Source: a virus (Duplodnaviria > Heunggongvirae > Uroviricota > Caudoviricetes). From it: DNA of 42,492 nucleotides. The stretch is from the IMG/VR virus record IMGVR_UViG_2645727821_000010, positions 1-42,492 of that record, one strand, 5' to 3'. A model generated the notes under the pieces. The model saw only the letters and a program-made list of their open reading frames with translations. It ran no database searches and had not been told where the DNA came from. Positions 40,691-42,492 of the stretch are shown piece after piece; position 1 is the first letter of the stretch, and the number at the start of each line of letters is the position of its first letter. The translations under genes were made by a program, and so were the position numbers.

Positions 40691-41111
40691 CCTGTGCGAG
40701 ATTTATTACGTAACTTCTGCGGATTTGCTGAGTAACAGGGAAAATCCGATACAACGGGTTAATGAACGAGTCGCCATGCGTAACCATGACGTTGAAATGC
40801 CACAGCCGTTCTCCTTTACCCATATATTCAGTGGGTATGTACAACCATTCACTGTTTTCGCCCTGTTCAGCCGACGTCAGACAACGTTGTTCGCCTTCAA
40901 TCACTGTCGTTGGCTTCTGAACATCGCGGATCCAATATCTGACCGTTGCGCCGCGCAAAAACGGGAATTTAGACCGGTATTTGAACGGCACCCGGATGAA
41001 ACCCGGTTTAATTTCCACATCACCAAGTTCTAAATGCGTGATGTCCTTGCGTTTTAGCAAATAGCGATCGGCTAAGGCTAACGCAAGAACGCATACACCC
41101 CAGCCAATCAT
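40668..41111 (-). CDS. lydB: LydB-like antiholin, 147 aa
   Basis: Position after lydA with ATGA overlap; assigned by synteny. Confidence 0.7.
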   Translation of the reverse strand: MIGWGVCVLALALADRYLLKRKDITHLELGDVEIKPGFIRVPFKYRSKFPFLRGATVRYWIRDVQKPTTVIEGEQRCLTSAEQGENSEWLYIPTEYMGKGERLWHFNVMVTHGDSFINPLYRIFPVTQQIRRSYVINLAQDVSDDEK

Positions 41112-41437
41112 TTCCCGCCTCCCTTTTTCACCAAACTTGTAAGAACATTCAGAATGCTATCGATATTCACTCGTTTCATCCCTGAAATCACCTCATGACC
41201 GTTATTGCTGGCTATCGTTACCATTAAGTACGTAATTGATAACTCCCAGCCCTCGTGTTGCCCCAATAGGTACGCCACCGCGCCAGCTGTCACTGCAACA
41301 AAGATCTCCGTAACCAATCCCAACAAATTGCCAGACTGGCGACCGTCTCGGACATCCATCAGGAACGTGCCTATCCCACCAATTACTGAAAGCAGGAGCG
41401 CAATAGCAACTGGAGCTAATTCCTGTGTGTCAAGCAC
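41108..41437 (-). CDS. lydA: LydA-like holin, 109 aa (GTG start)
   Basis: Small protein with hydrophobic helices; AGGAGGGA ribosome-binding site; first gene of the lysis/dar operon. Confidence 0.75.
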   Translation of the reverse strand: MLDTQELAPVAIALLLSVIGGIGTFLMDVRDGRQSGNLLGLVTEIFVAVTAGAVAYLLGQHEGWELSITYLMVTIASNNGHEVISGMKRVNIDSILNVLTSLVKKGGGK

Positions 41438-41497
41438 AAGTTCCCTCCTACGTTGTCAGGAGGTAATGGTATGCAAAGTAACTTCTCATCTGGTTGT

Positions 41498-41782
41498 TCA
41501 TAATTTGCCAATACATTCGTAAATCAAGTGAAAAACCCATATTTTGGTTATTCTTAATACAAAATGGCTATTCCAACTACATATCAAAAAAGCAACCACA
41601 TCCAAAAATGAGTTTCCCCACTGAACTTCTGCAAGACAAAAACCAACAAAACCACCTTTTATGGCAAGCAGCCATGCTTCAAGCCAATGTAAAAAACATG
41701 GCTTATAAGCTCCACGCCTAACTCCAGTAAGAAATAAATAGGTTCCACTAATAATGGACATTAAAAAAATCAAAATCTGCAT
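41498..41782 (-). CDS. hypothetical membrane protein, 94 aa, upstream of lydA
   Basis: ORF track; GGGAGGAG 4 nt upstream of the ATG; several hydrophobic segments. Confidence 0.4.
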   Translation of the reverse strand: MQILIFLMSIISGTYLFLTGVRRGAYKPCFLHWLEAWLLAIKGGFVGFCLAEVQWGNSFLDVVAFLICSWNSHFVLRITKIWVFHLIYECIGKL

Positions 41783-41903
41783 AAGCTCCTCCCGGATCTA
41801 ACAAAAATCAAGCAGGAACCTATTCAGATTGTTATTTCTGTGCATAACGCTTTGTTCTTTAAAATTCGCAGACTCATAAGAACAACGCATTAGAGTAAAA
41901 ATC

Positions 41904-42464
41904 ATGCTGATCGGCTATGTACGCGTATCAACAAATGAACAAAACACTGCTTTGCAACGAAATGCCCTTGAAAGCGCAGGATGTGAGCTAATTTTTGAGG
42001 ATAAGGCGAGCGGCAAACAGACTGAACGCCCTGGGCTAAAAAAGGTTTTGCGTATGCTTTCCAGAGGTGACACCCTGGTCGTATGGAAGTTAGATCGTCT
42101 TGGGCGCAGCATGCGTCACTTGGTTGTGCTGGTGGAAGAGCTGCGTGACAGAGGAATTAATTTCCGGAGTCTCACTGACTCTATCGACACCAGTACACCA
42201 ATGGGGCGCTTTTTCTTTCACGTAATGGGGGCGCTGGCAGAAATGGAACGTGAGCTTATCGTTGAACGTACACGCGCTGGACTTGATGCAGCTCGCGCAG
42301 AAGGTCGTATAGGTGGGCGTCGGCCTAAATACCAAGAAGAAACATGGCAGCAAATGCGGCGATTGCTGGAGAATGGCATCCCCCGTAAGCAGGTTGCAAT
42401 CATCTATGATGTGGCTGTTTCCACGCTTTATAAGAAGTTTCCGGCGTCGTCATTTCAATCCTAA
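41904..42464 (+). CDS. cin: Cin-family serine DNA invertase (Cin/Gin/Hin type), 186 aa
   Basis: Translation MLIGYVRVSTNEQNTALQRNALESAGCELIFEDKASG... with the catalytic Ser in the YVRVST motif and a C-terminal helix-turn-helix. Confidence 0.9.
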   Translation: MLIGYVRVSTNEQNTALQRNALESAGCELIFEDKASGKQTERPGLKKVLRMLSRGDTLVVWKLDRLGRSMRHLVVLVEELRDRGINFRSLTDSIDTSTPMGRFFFHVMGALAEMERELIVERTRAGLDAARAEGRIGGRRPKYQEETWQQMRRLLENGIPRKQVAIIYDVAVSTLYKKFPASSFQS

Positions 42465-42482
42465 ACCTTGGTTTAAGAGAAC
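42457..42482. other. cix/hix-type crossover site CAATCCTAAACC-TT-GGTTTAAGAGAA overlapping the 3' end of cin
   Basis: Imperfect 12-bp inverted half-sites around a 2-bp core, the Hin/Gin/Cin crossover-site architecture. Confidence 0.6.
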
Positions 42483-42492
42483 TCGGTACCAG

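Noticed and set aside
41494-41721. Plus-strand ORF of 75 aa between lydA and cin.
   Set aside because: TTG start with no ribosome-binding site, and it overlaps the minus-strand membrane-protein ORF, which has a strong GGGAGGAG site.

Overview
This window is a segment of a P1-like temperate phage / phage-plasmid of Enterobacteriaceae; read by eye only, no database search was run. The backbone is recognisable from proteins and sites I know from phage P1: a near-canonical Cre recombinase with an exact loxP site, C1 repressor and Coi, PacA/PacB with the in-gene pac site, Phd/Doc, HumD with a LexA box, Ref, DarB (2255 aa), Prt/Pro, Lyz, Ssb, the lydA-lydB-hdf-darA-ddrA-ddrB operon, and a Cin-family invertase with its cix site at the right edge. 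At least seven C1 operator sites and a recurring late-promoter-like motif are visible. Two loci look like accessory cargo. The main candidate for a new system is a low-GC, translationally coupled two-gene cassette at 18712-20261 (a 346-aa unknown protein plus a 169-aa protein with a nucleoside 2-deoxyribosyltransferase-like fold). It sits between mat and lxc, where, as I recall the P1 map, P1 carries its type III res-mod genes. The second is a dGTPase-like HD-domain gene (32360-33715) with a convergent small membrane-protein gene, between ssb and the darA operon. The left 5.7 kb is a dense plus-strand operon of small genes of unknown function. All family assignments other than the strongly recognised P1 proteins are motif-level inferences that need HMM or structure checks.
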